Below, piece after piece: positions 16,498 to 25,702 of a stretch of DNA of 27,078 nt. The notes below the pieces were generated by a model, which did not search any database, was not told where the DNA came from, and saw nothing but the letters and a program-made list of their open reading frames with translations. The position numbers and the translations under genes are program-made. Every line of letters begins with the position of its first letter. Position 1 is the stretch's first letter. Source of the stretch: a virus (taxonomy: Duplodnaviria; Caudoviricetes); IMG/VR virus record IMGVR_UViG_3300043444_000180, positions 1-27,078 of that record; one strand, 5' to 3'.

Positions 16498-19319
16498 TAA
16501 CTTGATCCGAACAAGAATAGACCACGACTTCCTGGCTTAATATTTCCAGAAGCATCAACTGACTTATCGTCAATCATAGTGAATGCTTGTTTCTTATTAC
16601 CTTCAGCTGAATATGATATGTGAATCCAATTTTGCCATCCAGGACCTGGATTATAATTAGCACCTGGTTTTCTGTATTCTAAAATTATTTGATTATATGG
16701 TAAAACCTTTTCTATCTGAACAGCCAACTTCCACATTTCTTCAAAAGAACGCTTAGGGTTATATCTAAAGTCGATCGCTCTACCTTTATTATGATCAGAA
16801 TTATTGGTACCATTTCTTAAGCCAGAGTTAATGCACCATAACCCCTTAGAAGACTGTGGTGCGAATTTTCCACTAGTTGGTCCAAGTAATTCATATAATG
16901 GTTCGCATATGTTCTCTGATAGAACAGCCAAGTTTGCAATTAAATCTTGTTTGGTATAAAGTTTACCCATAACAGTTGCGTCACGAAGAATTACTGATGG
17001 TTCTACTAATTGACCAACTGTAAAGTTTTTAGATAACTTGTATGATGGAGGGAAATCTGTTGTATTATAAAATGGTGCAGTTTCAATCTTCTTACCTTCA
17101 ACCTTATTGGGTGGAGGAACAATAGCTTCTTGAGCTTCTCCATTTTTGTTTTCTGGAGCTTTATATGCTGGAGTATCGTATTGTTTTTCTTTTTCCAATT
17201 TACCAGCTGGAGTTTCCCACTCATCTGGTGTTTCGAACTTAGCAATCTCATCAAAGGAACGTTCTGGTGGTTCTAGGTTAGAGAACGAAGGAACTACTGC
17301 ATTAATCAATTCTGGTGCAGTTAAACCAGTAGTGGGTGCGTCTTCAACCTCAGCTTGTCCATTTGCAAATTGCATTTCAGCGTAATCTGCATTGAAGTTT
17401 CCACCAGCATTAACAGCAATATTACCTGCAGATTTAACTGACCAGTCAGCAGCAGAGTCATGTATCTGATAACCAGTAGTCTTTGTTGTTAGATTTGTGG
17501 TTTCAATATTGTAGTCACCATCAACTTTAAGTTTGTAATCACCACCGACAGTCATGTCTAGATTACCAGCAACACCTAACTCAGCATCACCTTTTAGTGC
17601 GATGTTACTACGTCCTTCTACTTCAATCTTAGCGTCGCCTTGGCATAGAATGTTAATGTTACCACCAACAGTTAAGTTTGCAGTTCCAACAACATAAATG
17701 TTATTGTTTCTTAAAACGATTTGATAACCATCACCAACGATAAAGTTTAACTGAGAACCATTAGGATCTATCTCTAGGTATGTTCCCTTACGATGATATA
17801 AGTGTATACGTTCACCATCAGGAGAATCATCAAACTCCATAATGTGACCAGATTCAGATTCAAATACTTTGTTGTATGGATATATTGCGTTGTATGGTGA
17901 TAATGGTTGCGACCAGTTTTTACCACCAGCAACTGGAATATCTTGTTTTCTTGTCGCATCTTTAAATTTAAAACATGTTCCGTCAATAATACCACGAGCC
18001 AATCTATTAGTATCAGCTTCGTTCATATGATCACGTAATGGATACTTGCCAGTTGGATCTGTGAATCCAAATTGCGTGGCATTACCAGAACGATCTTCTT
18101 TATACGCTTCTTGTTTATCTAAAGGTTGTTTCGCAATTTCTTCTGGAGATAAGTTAGGTTCTGTCGCTGTTGCGTTTTTATTAGTAGATACTGGATCTGT
18201 TGACGAACCTAAGAAATACTCATAGTATTGTTGTTTTTTCAATGCAATGTCTGGCGTGTTTATACCAACAGCATTTTTAGCAGCCTGGAAAAATCCTGGC
18301 TCGTACATCAATCTTTCCCAACCTTTAACTCTATCTTTAATGTAAATAGCAGCAATTAAGGCAGATGTTTCTAAATCATCATCTAGTGAATCTGGATTAT
18401 TAACAATATCAATGTTTAACCCAGCAGCAGTACCAAGTTTTTGATAACGCTCGTAGTTCCCACGACCAGTCAACTGAATAAAACCACGACCATAGTACTT
18501 ACCACCATCAGCGTCAATTTTATTACCCAAGAAATTTTTACCACGATAAGTTGGTCCATAGAAGAATGAGAAGAAGTCTTCTCTTGACAAACCTTTCTTA
18601 ACTGCGTAAGAATACTCATCTAGAATTTGCTGAGTAGCATTGGGGAAGATTTGTTTTAATCTTGTTGGATTGTAATTATATGCTTCTTTTTGAGGAACCC
18701 ATTTTGATTCGCCACCAGCAATACCCAACAATGCACACTTTGCATACTTTGTTGTCAATCCAACTTTATCACACGCAGCAATTAATGCTTTAATACCAGC
18801 TGATGCATTAGATCCAGAACCAGACTTAGGTGGTGGATTAGTTGGAATTTCTGTAGGAACAACAGTTGGTGATAATGGTGTTGATGGTGTGTTTGGTGCA
18901 GAGTTATTAGCCTGATTAGTTCCAGTTGTAATTGGGTTACCAGAACCATCTAAAACTGGATTACCAGAAGAATCAGTTAAGATACCTTCTTGAGGAATAA
19001 TATCATCTGAAGAATCTTCAATTGCTCGCTCACCAGATTTAGTTTGAGGGATACCACCGATAGTTCCCAACATAACTGGTTGTTGAAGATCTTCGTCTCT
19101 GAAAATAATAACAACCCATGTTCCTGGAACTGGACCAGTTGGAGAATGACCTAAACCACTAACAGCTGCTGATGTAACTGGCTGCATAGGATAAGCCCAT
19201 GGTAAATCTTCAGTTGGCAGTAAAGTTTTATTGTCTGTATGAAGACCAACTACGCGAACCTGACATCTACCAAGTTTTAATGGATCGTTACGATTTTCGA
19301 CTACGCCAGTGTATAACAT
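16497..19319 (-). CDS. gp5: Baseplate central spike gp5 with GH19-type glycoside hydrolase and C-terminal M15-type peptidase domains (940 aa)
   Basis: OB fold GVVENRNDPLKLGRCQVRV.G.H...LPWA. GH19-like YYGRGFIQLTGRGNY. YPYNKVFESESGHIMEFDDSP..ERIHLYHRKGT. VxG octapeptide beta-helix repeats. C-terminal LSKNFT...INSGLR...SDHNKGRAID...WIHISY. Confidence 0.92.
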   Translation of the reverse strand: MLYTGVVENRNDPLKLGRCQVRVVGLHTDNKTLLPTEDLPWAYPMQPVTSAAVSGLGHSPTGPVPGTWVVIIFRDEDLQQPVMLGTIGGIPQTKSGERAIEDSSDDIIPQEGILTDSSGNPVLDGSGNPITTGTNQANNSAPNTPSTPLSPTVVPTEIPTNPPPKSGSGSNASAGIKALIAACDKVGLTTKYAKCALLGIAGGESKWVPQKEAYNYNPTRLKQIFPNATQQILDEYSYAVKKGLSREDFFSFFYGPTYRGKNFLGNKIDADGGKYYGRGFIQLTGRGNYERYQKLGTAAGLNIDIVNNPDSLDDDLETSALIAAIYIKDRVKGWERLMYEPGFFQAAKNAVGINTPDIALKKQQYYEYFLGSSTDPVSTNKNATATEPNLSPEEIAKQPLDKQEAYKEDRSGNATQFGFTDPTGKYPLRDHMNEADTNRLARGIIDGTCFKFKDATRKQDIPVAGGKNWSQPLSPYNAIYPYNKVFESESGHIMEFDDSPDGERIHLYHRKGTYLEIDPNGSQLNFIVGDGYQIVLRNNNIYVVGTANLTVGGNINILCQGDAKIEVEGRSNIALKGDAELGVAGNLDMTVGGDYKLKVDGDYNIETTNLTTKTTGYQIHDSAADWSVKSAGNIAVNAGGNFNADYAEMQFANGQAEVEDAPTTGLTAPELINAVVPSFSNLEPPERSFDEIAKFETPDEWETPAGKLEKEKQYDTPAYKAPENKNGEAQEAIVPPPNKVEGKKIETAPFYNTTDFPPSYKLSKNFTVGQLVEPSVILRDATVMGKLYTKQDLIANLAVLSENICEPLYELLGPTSGKFAPQSSKGLWCINSGLRNGTNNSDHNKGRAIDFRYNPKRSFEEMWKLAVQIEKVLPYNQIILEYRKPGANYNPGPGWQNWIHISYSAEGNKKQAFTMIDDKSVDASGNIKPGSRGLFLFGSS

Positions 19320-20596
19320 TATTTCTTCCCATCAAGATTAATTAATAACGAATCTTTAATCAACTCTAAAGTGCACTCATGCTTTTCTCTGGTAATAAAA
19401 TGATTGATCGCAGAGATTAAGTAATTACCAGAGAACACATTATCTAATGTATCTCTGTCGTTTTTAGCTATTGGTTGTATTTTATTCAGTTTGACTGAAA
19501 CAGTTCTTCCTACAGTATAATCCATTCTACCAGGAACAACGATTTCTATTTTAGTTGACTCAGCCTGTTTCATCAGAGATAGACGCTCTTGAATAAATTC
19601 CGTATTTGTTGCATTGCCAAAGTTACTAAAATTATTATAATACTTAGGTTCAGTAATAACCTTTGCACCATAACGATAAACAACCTTACTGGACGCAGCT
19701 GGGTATGTGTTTAAATGTGTTTTAGTTTTAAAGTTGGCAAGCATATCGAAATTTTTACTTGTAACTTTTTTAGAAGTTATATCATGTGTATATAATCTAG
19801 ACCCATACATACCACTGGTAATTCTATCGATGTAGTCAAACCCCTCTGGTATTGTTATAGATTGGATTCTTCTGTAATCTTCATTTAAGTTTTTAATACT
19901 ACCTCCACCAGCTCTATCATCTCTATTATAATTATCGAAGATAAAATTCTGAAGTGGAACTTGTTTATACAATGTCGATAAAGAAGTGAAGTTATACCCA
20001 TCTCTATTTTCAAAAAACACATAATCTGGAGCTTTAGATTTACTCAATGCATTTTCAGTTAGGTATAAAATATTTCTTAATGGTGACCAGAAATTAGAAG
20101 TATACTTAGTAGAGTTATCTGTTTCTTCAACATTATATTTTTTTGTAACCTGCATACCATTAACTTTATCAGTCAATAATGTTTTAGCTACGTCAGAAAC
20201 TTTACCAGAGAATGTTTTACTAATGGCTTTATTTAAATCCAATAAAGCATCTTGAGATGTAAAATGTAACTGGTAAACTACAGATCTGTCTCCGACCATA
20301 TCTCGGTCAGTCATTTTAAATATGTAAAATTTACCAGATATATTTCCAGTTTTAAGAGTAGGTGTGCTAATCTTTAAATCTAAGTATTCTTCACCAACGA
20401 ATGGCATCACATTAATTAAATCTAATGTGTCTTTAAGAATCAGTGTTCCTGTGATGAATGGCGATAACAAATCTTCAAAGATTTGAATACCAATAATCTG
20501 ATTTGTGATGTCTTGATAAAACCCAGTAGAAGTAACTACTCTAACCTGTTCAATCTCAACATCACCAGCGAATCTTAGCTTTTGTGATGTCTGCAT
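19319..20596 (-). CDS. Putative baseplate hub protein (gp27-like, 425 aa)
   Basis: Position between gp53 and gp5. Motifs IFEDLLSPFITG.L...D, YVFFENRDGYNF.SL..L, I.VPG......G..V and FSG.YLI.AI.H are typical of hub proteins. Confidence 0.65.
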   Translation of the reverse strand: MQTSQKLRFAGDVEIEQVRVVTSTGFYQDITNQIIGIQIFEDLLSPFITGTLILKDTLDLINVMPFVGEEYLDLKISTPTLKTGNISGKFYIFKMTDRDMVGDRSVVYQLHFTSQDALLDLNKAISKTFSGKVSDVAKTLLTDKVNGMQVTKKYNVEETDNSTKYTSNFWSPLRNILYLTENALSKSKAPDYVFFENRDGYNFTSLSTLYKQVPLQNFIFDNYNRDDRAGGGSIKNLNEDYRRIQSITIPEGFDYIDRITSGMYGSRLYTHDITSKKVTSKNFDMLANFKTKTHLNTYPAASSKVVYRYGAKVITEPKYYNNFSNFGNATNTEFIQERLSLMKQAESTKIEIVVPGRMDYTVGRTVSVKLNKIQPIAKNDRDTLDNVFSGNYLISAINHFITREKHECTLELIKDSLLINLDGKK

Positions 20597-21087
20597 TACA
20601 TAAATTCTTTATAATTATTTAATACTGTCGCAAGAAGGTCTCTAGATATAATTTTAATTCTGCGTTTAGATTCGTTAAGTCTTTCTTCATACTCTCTATT
20701 AGAAACTGGAGCTGCGCCAACTGATGTTTGGTGAACAATCTTACCATTAGCATTAACATAATAACGAACATCATCTAACGAATCACCATACTTATTTTCC
20801 ATATAAGCAAGAAGTCTCGGATAATCCAGTGGAAAATCGTTAATGTAATCAAATCTGTTATTTGCCAACATAACAACCCAATGGTATTGAGCATCGCCGT
20901 AAAACTTCTCAGCGATAATTTCTGGAGTTTCACCATCAATTATATCATACTCATCATAAACAGTTATATTGGATAATATGTCTCTGCGGAATCTGACATT
21001 TCGTGTAATGTCAGTCATCAATATAGCTTTACGCTTACCATTTACATCGAAGTCGTATAAGAAATTTGGGAATTCTTCGAAATACAT
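20596..21087 (-). CDS. gp53: Baseplate wedge subunit gp53
   Basis: MYF..FP...Y, Y.IIDGETPEIIAEKFYGD..YHWVV.L.N (LysM-like) and VSNREYE...NE.KR.IKI. Confidence 0.92.
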   Translation of the reverse strand: MYFEEFPNFLYDFDVNGKRKAILMTDITRNVRFRRDILSNITVYDEYDIIDGETPEIIAEKFYGDAQYHWVVMLANNRFDYINDFPLDYPRLLAYMENKYGDSLDDVRYYVNANGKIVHQTSVGAAPVSNREYEERLNESKRRIKIISRDLLATVLNNYKEFM

Positions 21088-22268
21088 TATAGTCCGTTCT
21101 TAATTTTATCTTTGTCCATTAAGCCCAACTCAACGAATGTCATCTGAATGTTGATTTGAGTTGGCATACCATTATCGAATGTAGTAAACATACCATTTGG
21201 TGTATAATTAATGTTCAATTCTTTTAATACGCATGAAGTATGACGATGGATGTTTAAGTTTTCTTCGCCGTTTTGATAGTAGAAAATATCAAACTCAGAA
21301 GGGTAGATATACAAAAAGTTATTAGTATCTTTAAACTCTGGATGCATATGATACTTAAACTCTTGAATAATATTCAATACATTTTGAGCTTCTTCTGGAC
21401 TTCTTGGGAAAAATTGATAATCAAATTGGAATGTTCTATAATCAACACCCTTAAAGATTTGTTCTTTCTTTGGATTAGCTGCTAATCCTAAAGAAGCTGA
21501 TGCAGCTGCACCCTGTTTATCACTCTTAAGGCCAATAGCTCCAACGATAGATGCTGCATCATTACCAAGGTTTTTAGCACCACCACCCTGAATTGCTTTA
21601 GTGATGGCTTCAGCTCCAGAAGCTGCTGCCTGATAACCAAACGTGTCTTCATCACCCCAGTTGGTTGAGTAACGAACTGCTAACTGATTTGGTATATGTA
21701 AAGCAATGGCGGTCTTTAATCTTTTCTGAGCACGAGTAACAGATGCTGCTTGAGTAGCTGCAGCACCAATCATCAACGCATCTGGAGCAGCATTAAGAGC
21801 AGCACCTGCAGCTGCACCTTTTTTACCACCAATCAATCCACCAATCAATCCACCCTGAACAGCAGCACCAGTGGCATTTAATCCTACCATACCAGCCTTA
21901 GCACCAGCACTTGTTGGGTCACTGTATAGATTTGTGTTAATAGCGATTAATTGACCACGATCTCTTGGAGAATAATCGTCAACAGTTTCAACTGTTTTAT
22001 CGTTAAATAATTTTGAGTCTATAGCTACATTTATGTAGAAAATGGCGTAGTTTTTACCATATACATCAGACATAATGTCTTCTGGATATGAATAGTTTTT
22101 TATGTTATATTTCTCTGCAGAAAACTTATCTACATTTCGGCTCTTATATAATGGAGCTCTTGGAGGGTTTGGTTTTGGTACAGAAGGGTTAGCCTTTGCA
22201 GCTGTTGGTCTAGTCGGAACTGTTCCGTCTGGTACCCCATCATAATTACCTTGAATGTCGTATCCCAT
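21087..22268 (-). CDS. gp48: Baseplate tail-tube cap gp48
   Basis: IALHIP..L...Y...W, NP.KEQIFKGVDYRTFQF.Y.F.PRS.EEA..V..II..FK.HM.P, YPSEFDI and CVL....INYTP.G....F.NG.P. Confidence 0.88.
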   Translation of the reverse strand: MGYDIQGNYDGVPDGTVPTRPTAAKANPSVPKPNPPRAPLYKSRNVDKFSAEKYNIKNYSYPEDIMSDVYGKNYAIFYINVAIDSKLFNDKTVETVDDYSPRDRGQLIAINTNLYSDPTSAGAKAGMVGLNATGAAVQGGLIGGLIGGKKGAAAGAALNAAPDALMIGAAATQAASVTRAQKRLKTAIALHIPNQLAVRYSTNWGDEDTFGYQAAASGAEAITKAIQGGGAKNLGNDAASIVGAIGLKSDKQGAAASASLGLAANPKKEQIFKGVDYRTFQFDYQFFPRSPEEAQNVLNIIQEFKYHMHPEFKDTNNFLYIYPSEFDIFYYQNGEENLNIHRHTSCVLKELNINYTPNGMFTTFDNGMPTQINIQMTFVELGLMDKDKIKNGL

Positions 22269-22276
22269 TGATTTTA

Positions 22277-22285
22277 CCTAAATAA
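22277..22285 (+). promoter_or_regulatory. Putative late promoter CCTAAATAA for the gp4 operon
   Basis: Lies in the 48-bp divergent intergenic gap, 31 nt upstream of the gp4 ATG. Variant of T4 TATAAATA. Confidence 0.7.
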
Positions 22286-22306
22286 GTAAGAGTGTTATTC
22301 TATTAT

Positions 22307-22315
22307 TTATTTAGG
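22307..22315 (-). promoter_or_regulatory. Putative late promoter CCTAAATAA for the gp48 operon
   Basis: Exact reverse complement (TTATTTAGG) of the motif at 22277, 38 nt upstream of the gp48 ATG. Confidence 0.7.
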
Positions 22316-22316
22316 C

Positions 22317-22763
22317 ATGTTTCACAAAAGATTATACAAACCTCTATTTCCAGAGAAGTATTCTGGCGATCCAACCAATATCATATTACGAAGTTCGTGG
22401 GAGACTAAGTTCGCCAACTGGTGTGATAGAAACCCTTCGGTTTTGAAGTGGAAATCTGAGGAAACAGTAGTCCCTTATAGATGTCCAACTGACGATAGAT
22501 TACATAGATACTTTATAGATTTTCAGATACAAATTAGACAAAAAGATGGGTTATTGAAAACTTATCTTATAGAAGTAAAACCACATAAACAAACAATTCC
22601 CCCAGTTTATCCTGGACGCCAGACTCAACGCTACCTGACAGAATCAATGACTTTTATCAAAAATCAGGCTAAGTGGAAAGCAGCTACTGAGTACGCCAAG
22701 GATAGGGGTTGGGAATTTAAAATCATAACTGAGTATGAACTCGGTCTTGCAACACCTAAATAA
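22317..22763 (+). CDS. gp4: Head completion protein gp4 (TnsA-like nuclease fold)
   Basis: P..PEKY.GDP.NI..RSSWE.KF..WCD.NP.V..W.SEE..VPY, HRYF.DF, LIEVKP.KQ and NQAKWKAA. Confidence 0.93.
   Translation: MFHKRLYKPLFPEKYSGDPTNIILRSSWETKFANWCDRNPSVLKWKSEETVVPYRCPTDDRLHRYFIDFQIQIRQKDGLLKTYLIEVKPHKQTIPPVYPGRQTQRYLTESMTFIKNQAKWKAATEYAKDRGWEFKIITEYELGLATPK
22755..22763 (+). promoter_or_regulatory. Putative late promoter CCTAAATAA upstream of gp2
   Basis: CCTAAATAA TTAA ATG. Overlaps the gp4 stop, and no SD is visible before gp2. Confidence 0.6.
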
Positions 22764-22767
22764 TTAA

Positions 22768-23367
22768 ATGGCTAAAAACCCATCCACTCTACAAGACGTT
22801 TTCGAACGCAATCAATATGACCTTCTAACAGCTGCTAGAAAGTCTAGAGCATGGTTCGATCAACAGGTTCTGCTTATGTCTAAGCAGCAGATCACACCAC
22901 AGAAAGTTTTAAAGGGAGATCCTTCCGCTTTAAAAACTAATGTTATGCCTGGAAACCTGTATATGTTCTTGTATGACCCAAAGCTAAAGGCAACTCTACC
23001 ATACTATGATAGATTCCCTTTGGTATTTCCATTTAGAAAAGTTGAAGGTGGCTTTCTAGGGTTAAACATGCATTATCTTCCATACCAAATGCGTGTTAAG
23101 TTATTAGATAAGTTAATGACATTTAAGTCCAACTCTAAGATGGATGAAACCACTAGACTAAGATATTCATGGGCATTGATCGATGGTGTTTCAAGATACG
23201 CAGCAGCTGCTCCATGTGTTAAACACTATTTGACTGCTCATCTTAGATCGCCAATGAGACAGGTTTTTGCTCAAGATTGGGCGACTGCTATGATGTTACC
23301 AGTCGAAAGATTTGTTGGTGCAACTAAGAATGAAGTATGGTTAGACTCAAGAAGAAAAATAAACTAA
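22768..23367 (+). CDS. gp2: DNA end protector protein gp2
   Basis: G.LYMF.YDPK.K.TLPYYDRFPLV, GFLGLN.HYLP, C.KHYL..H and W..A..LPVE.F. Confidence 0.92.
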   Translation: MAKNPSTLQDVFERNQYDLLTAARKSRAWFDQQVLLMSKQQITPQKVLKGDPSALKTNVMPGNLYMFLYDPKLKATLPYYDRFPLVFPFRKVEGGFLGLNMHYLPYQMRVKLLDKLMTFKSNSKMDETTRLRYSWALIDGVSRYAAAAPCVKHYLTAHLRSPMRQVFAQDWATAMMLPVERFVGATKNEVWLDSRRKIN

Positions 23368-23368
23368 A

Positions 23369-24082
23369 ATGGCTAAATCAACCAAACTAAAAGAATTCAT
23401 CGCCAATGTAAAAACTGGTGGATTGATGAAGACTTCTCGCTATAGTGTTTTACTACAAACACCAGCGTCAATTCAAGGTAAACAAAAATCAGACATCAGA
23501 AAGATTTTATTGTTCTGCTCTGATATACAATTACCTGGATTAAACATAACAACTGCTCAAAACAGAACATTCGGTGAAGTTAGAGAAGCACCGTATGATA
23601 GAATTTATGATAATGTGAACTTAACATTCTACGTTGATCAAAATATGGACGTTAAAGAATACTTTGATGCTTGGATAAATTCTATTCAGCGTCCAGATAC
23701 AAGAACCTTTGAATATTATAAAAATTATATAACTGAAATGTATATTCAAGTTGAAGATGCTAGAGACGACTCTAGATATCTAGTTATTCTTCATGAGGCA
23801 TATCCTAAAGGATTATCTCCAATTCAACTAGGATATGATAATAAAGAAGTTATGAAATTACAGGTTTCTATGAATTATAGAAACTGGACATATTATAAGA
23901 TTCCTGCTAGCACAAAAGCTGAACCAGGAGCATGGGATTCATTATTTAAATTACCAACAATTAATAATAGAGAGATTGGTGATTACTTCGGAAACAACTC
24001 TGGGTTTCAAAGTAACGCAAACCAACTACCAGAAGTTCAAAACTATTCAACTGGTATAACAGATAAACTATCATTCTTTTAA
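23369..24082 (+). CDS. Tail tube initiator gp54-like (gp19 tube-fold family)
   Basis: GGL...RY.V, C....LPG..I.T...R.FG..RE.PY...Y..V.LTFYVD.......YFD.W, Y...Y...I, L.EAYP.....I.L and V...YR.W. Confidence 0.75.
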   Translation: MAKSTKLKEFIANVKTGGLMKTSRYSVLLQTPASIQGKQKSDIRKILLFCSDIQLPGLNITTAQNRTFGEVREAPYDRIYDNVNLTFYVDQNMDVKEYFDAWINSIQRPDTRTFEYYKNYITEMYIQVEDARDDSRYLVILHEAYPKGLSPIQLGYDNKEVMKLQVSMNYRNWTYYKIPASTKAEPGAWDSLFKLPTINNREIGDYFGNNSGFQSNANQLPEVQNYSTGITDKLSFF

Positions 24083-24093
24083 GGAATAACGAG

Positions 24094-24522
24094 ATGGCAG
24101 CTCAAGAAGAAAAAAGCGAAAGTGCAAAGAAAAACGAAGATTGGATGAATAGCAAATGGCGTCCAATGATGGGTTGGATGTATATGGTTGTTTGTACTGC
24201 AGACTTCGTTCTGTTTCCAGTACTTTGGTCATTGGTTCAAGTTATTGGTGGAGGAGAAGTTAAAACTCAATGGTCACCGATAACTTTACAGGGTGCTGGC
24301 TTATTCCATATGGCTATGGGTGCAATCCTTGGTATCGCAGCTTATGGTAGAACACAGGAAAAACTAAACGATAAAGCTGGTGCAACTGCACCAACTCCAT
24401 CTGCACCAATAAATAGTCCTACGGTTCCTGCAACTCCAACAATCCCAAGACCAACACCTAAACCAGTTGTTCCTGAGTTGGATCCAGGAGATCCCCCAAC
24501 TAGAAACACCAGAAACGATTAA
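24094..24522 (+). CDS. Membrane protein, putative holin (GTA 3TM-holin-like)
   Basis: WRPMMGW motif followed by a hydrophobic helix. A second hydrophobic segment ends in GAILGIAAYGRTQEK. Pro-rich tail and AAGGA SD. Confidence 0.6.
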   Translation: MAAQEEKSESAKKNEDWMNSKWRPMMGWMYMVVCTADFVLFPVLWSLVQVIGGGEVKTQWSPITLQGAGLFHMAMGAILGIAAYGRTQEKLNDKAGATAPTPSAPINSPTVPATPTIPRPTPKPVVPELDPGDPPTRNTRND

Positions 24523-24528
24523 ACAAAT

Positions 24529-24948
24529 ATGAATGATAGATTATCAGAAGTTTTTGACGTGCCATCGATAACTAAAACTACAGAAGTAGAAGTTATTGAT
24601 TCTGAGACTGGAGAAATTATCCAGAAACCAGAACAAAAAATTGAAGACGATTACGATGTAGCTCGAGCAAACCTTCGTGAACTTTTAACTAAGGGTCAAG
24701 AAGCATTGATTCAGGCACTTGAAGTTGCTAAACAATCTGAACATCCAAGAGCCTTTGAGGTTGTTGGTAATTTAATGAAACAACTTGCAGATGTAAACCA
24801 ACAGCTTATGGATTTACATCAACAGAAGCAAAAACTTGACGCACCTAATAAAGCTGAACAAGCTAAGGTGACAAATAATAATGCTATCTTTGTTGGTAGC
24901 ACAGCTGAGTTGAATAAGCTAATAAAGAATATGACTAAAGGAGAATAA
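24529..24948 (+). CDS. gp16: Terminase small subunit gp16
   Basis: DDY..AR.NL..L...GQEAL...LEVA..SEHPRAFEV...L.K...D.N..L.DL and NNAIFVGSTAEL.K. Confidence 0.9.
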   Translation: MNDRLSEVFDVPSITKTTEVEVIDSETGEIIQKPEQKIEDDYDVARANLRELLTKGQEALIQALEVAKQSEHPRAFEVVGNLMKQLADVNQQLMDLHQQKQKLDAPNKAEQAKVTNNNAIFVGSTAELNKLIKNMTKGE

Positions 24949-24950
24949 TT

Positions 24951-25664
24951 ATGGCATTACCGATGAACGCAACTCCGACCTATTCACTAGAGATTCCTTC
25001 TAGTAAAAAGGTTGTTAAGTTTAGACCATTCCTTGTTAAGGAAGAAAAAGCATTATTGATTGCTCAACAATCTGATGATGCGCAGGTAATGGTAAATACC
25101 TTAAAAGAAATTTTAGATTCATGCATCAAAGATTCAATCGATGTTAATGAATTAGCAACATTTGATTTAGAATACATCTTCACTCAAATTAGAGCAAAGT
25201 CAGTTGGTGAAGATATCTCTTTAATATTTCCTTGTGCACATTGTAATGATGAGAAGGCTAAAGTTAAAATCGGTATCGATTTAACATCCTTAAAGGTGGA
25301 ATTTAAAGAAGGGCATAATAAAAAGATAGATTTGTTTGATGATGTAGGTGTTATGATGAAATATCCATCAGTAGATATGATTCAGCTAATTGAACAAACT
25401 AACGGAGATGATGTTGATGCAGTTTTCAAAATTATCACAAGTTCTATCGATTACATTTACGATGGCAGCGAAGTTTACTATGCCAAAGAACAATCAAAAG
25501 AAGAACTTGAAGAGTTCGTTAATAATTTGACGTCTGATCAATTTAAAAAAGTTCAGGCATTCTTCGAATCAATGCCGAAGATAAAACATGAGGTAGATTT
25601 TAATTGCCCAGTATGTGGTGCGCATAATCATACAGTATTAGAAGGTTTATCGAGTTTTTTCTAA
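24951..25664 (+). CDS. gp26: Baseplate hub assembly protein gp26
   Basis: MALP....PTY.L.IPS....VKFRPFLVKEEK.LL.A, FDLEYIF..IRAKSVGE, MKYPS and FF..MPK. Two CxxC motifs (CAHC, CPVC). AGGAG SD. Confidence 0.92.
   Translation: MALPMNATPTYSLEIPSSKKVVKFRPFLVKEEKALLIAQQSDDAQVMVNTLKEILDSCIKDSIDVNELATFDLEYIFTQIRAKSVGEDISLIFPCAHCNDEKAKVKIGIDLTSLKVEFKEGHNKKIDLFDDVGVMMKYPSVDMIQLIEQTNGDDVDAVFKIITSSIDYIYDGSEVYYAKEQSKEELEEFVNNLTSDQFKKVQAFFESMPKIKHEVDFNCPVCGAHNHTVLEGLSSFF
25655..25661 (+). promoter_or_regulatory. Candidate -1 ribosomal frameshift slippery heptamer T TTT TTC
   Basis: X XXY YYZ heptamer in the gp26 reading phase, directly before its TAA. The -1 frame is open to TGA at 25846 and is the gp51-like frame. 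Confidence 0.65.
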
Positions 25665-25702
25665 TTAATCTTTGTCATGAGAGTCTGAGTAACTATTATA
25701 AA

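Noticed and set aside
1390-21485. Numerous 60-106 aa ORFs nested in or antisense to the large structural genes
   Set aside because: No recognisable motifs and expected from codon bias in long genes.
22317-22763. TnsA-like nuclease as a transposon or homing element
   Set aside because: Sequence and position match the core T4-like gp4 gene, and no terminal repeats or interrupted host gene are visible.
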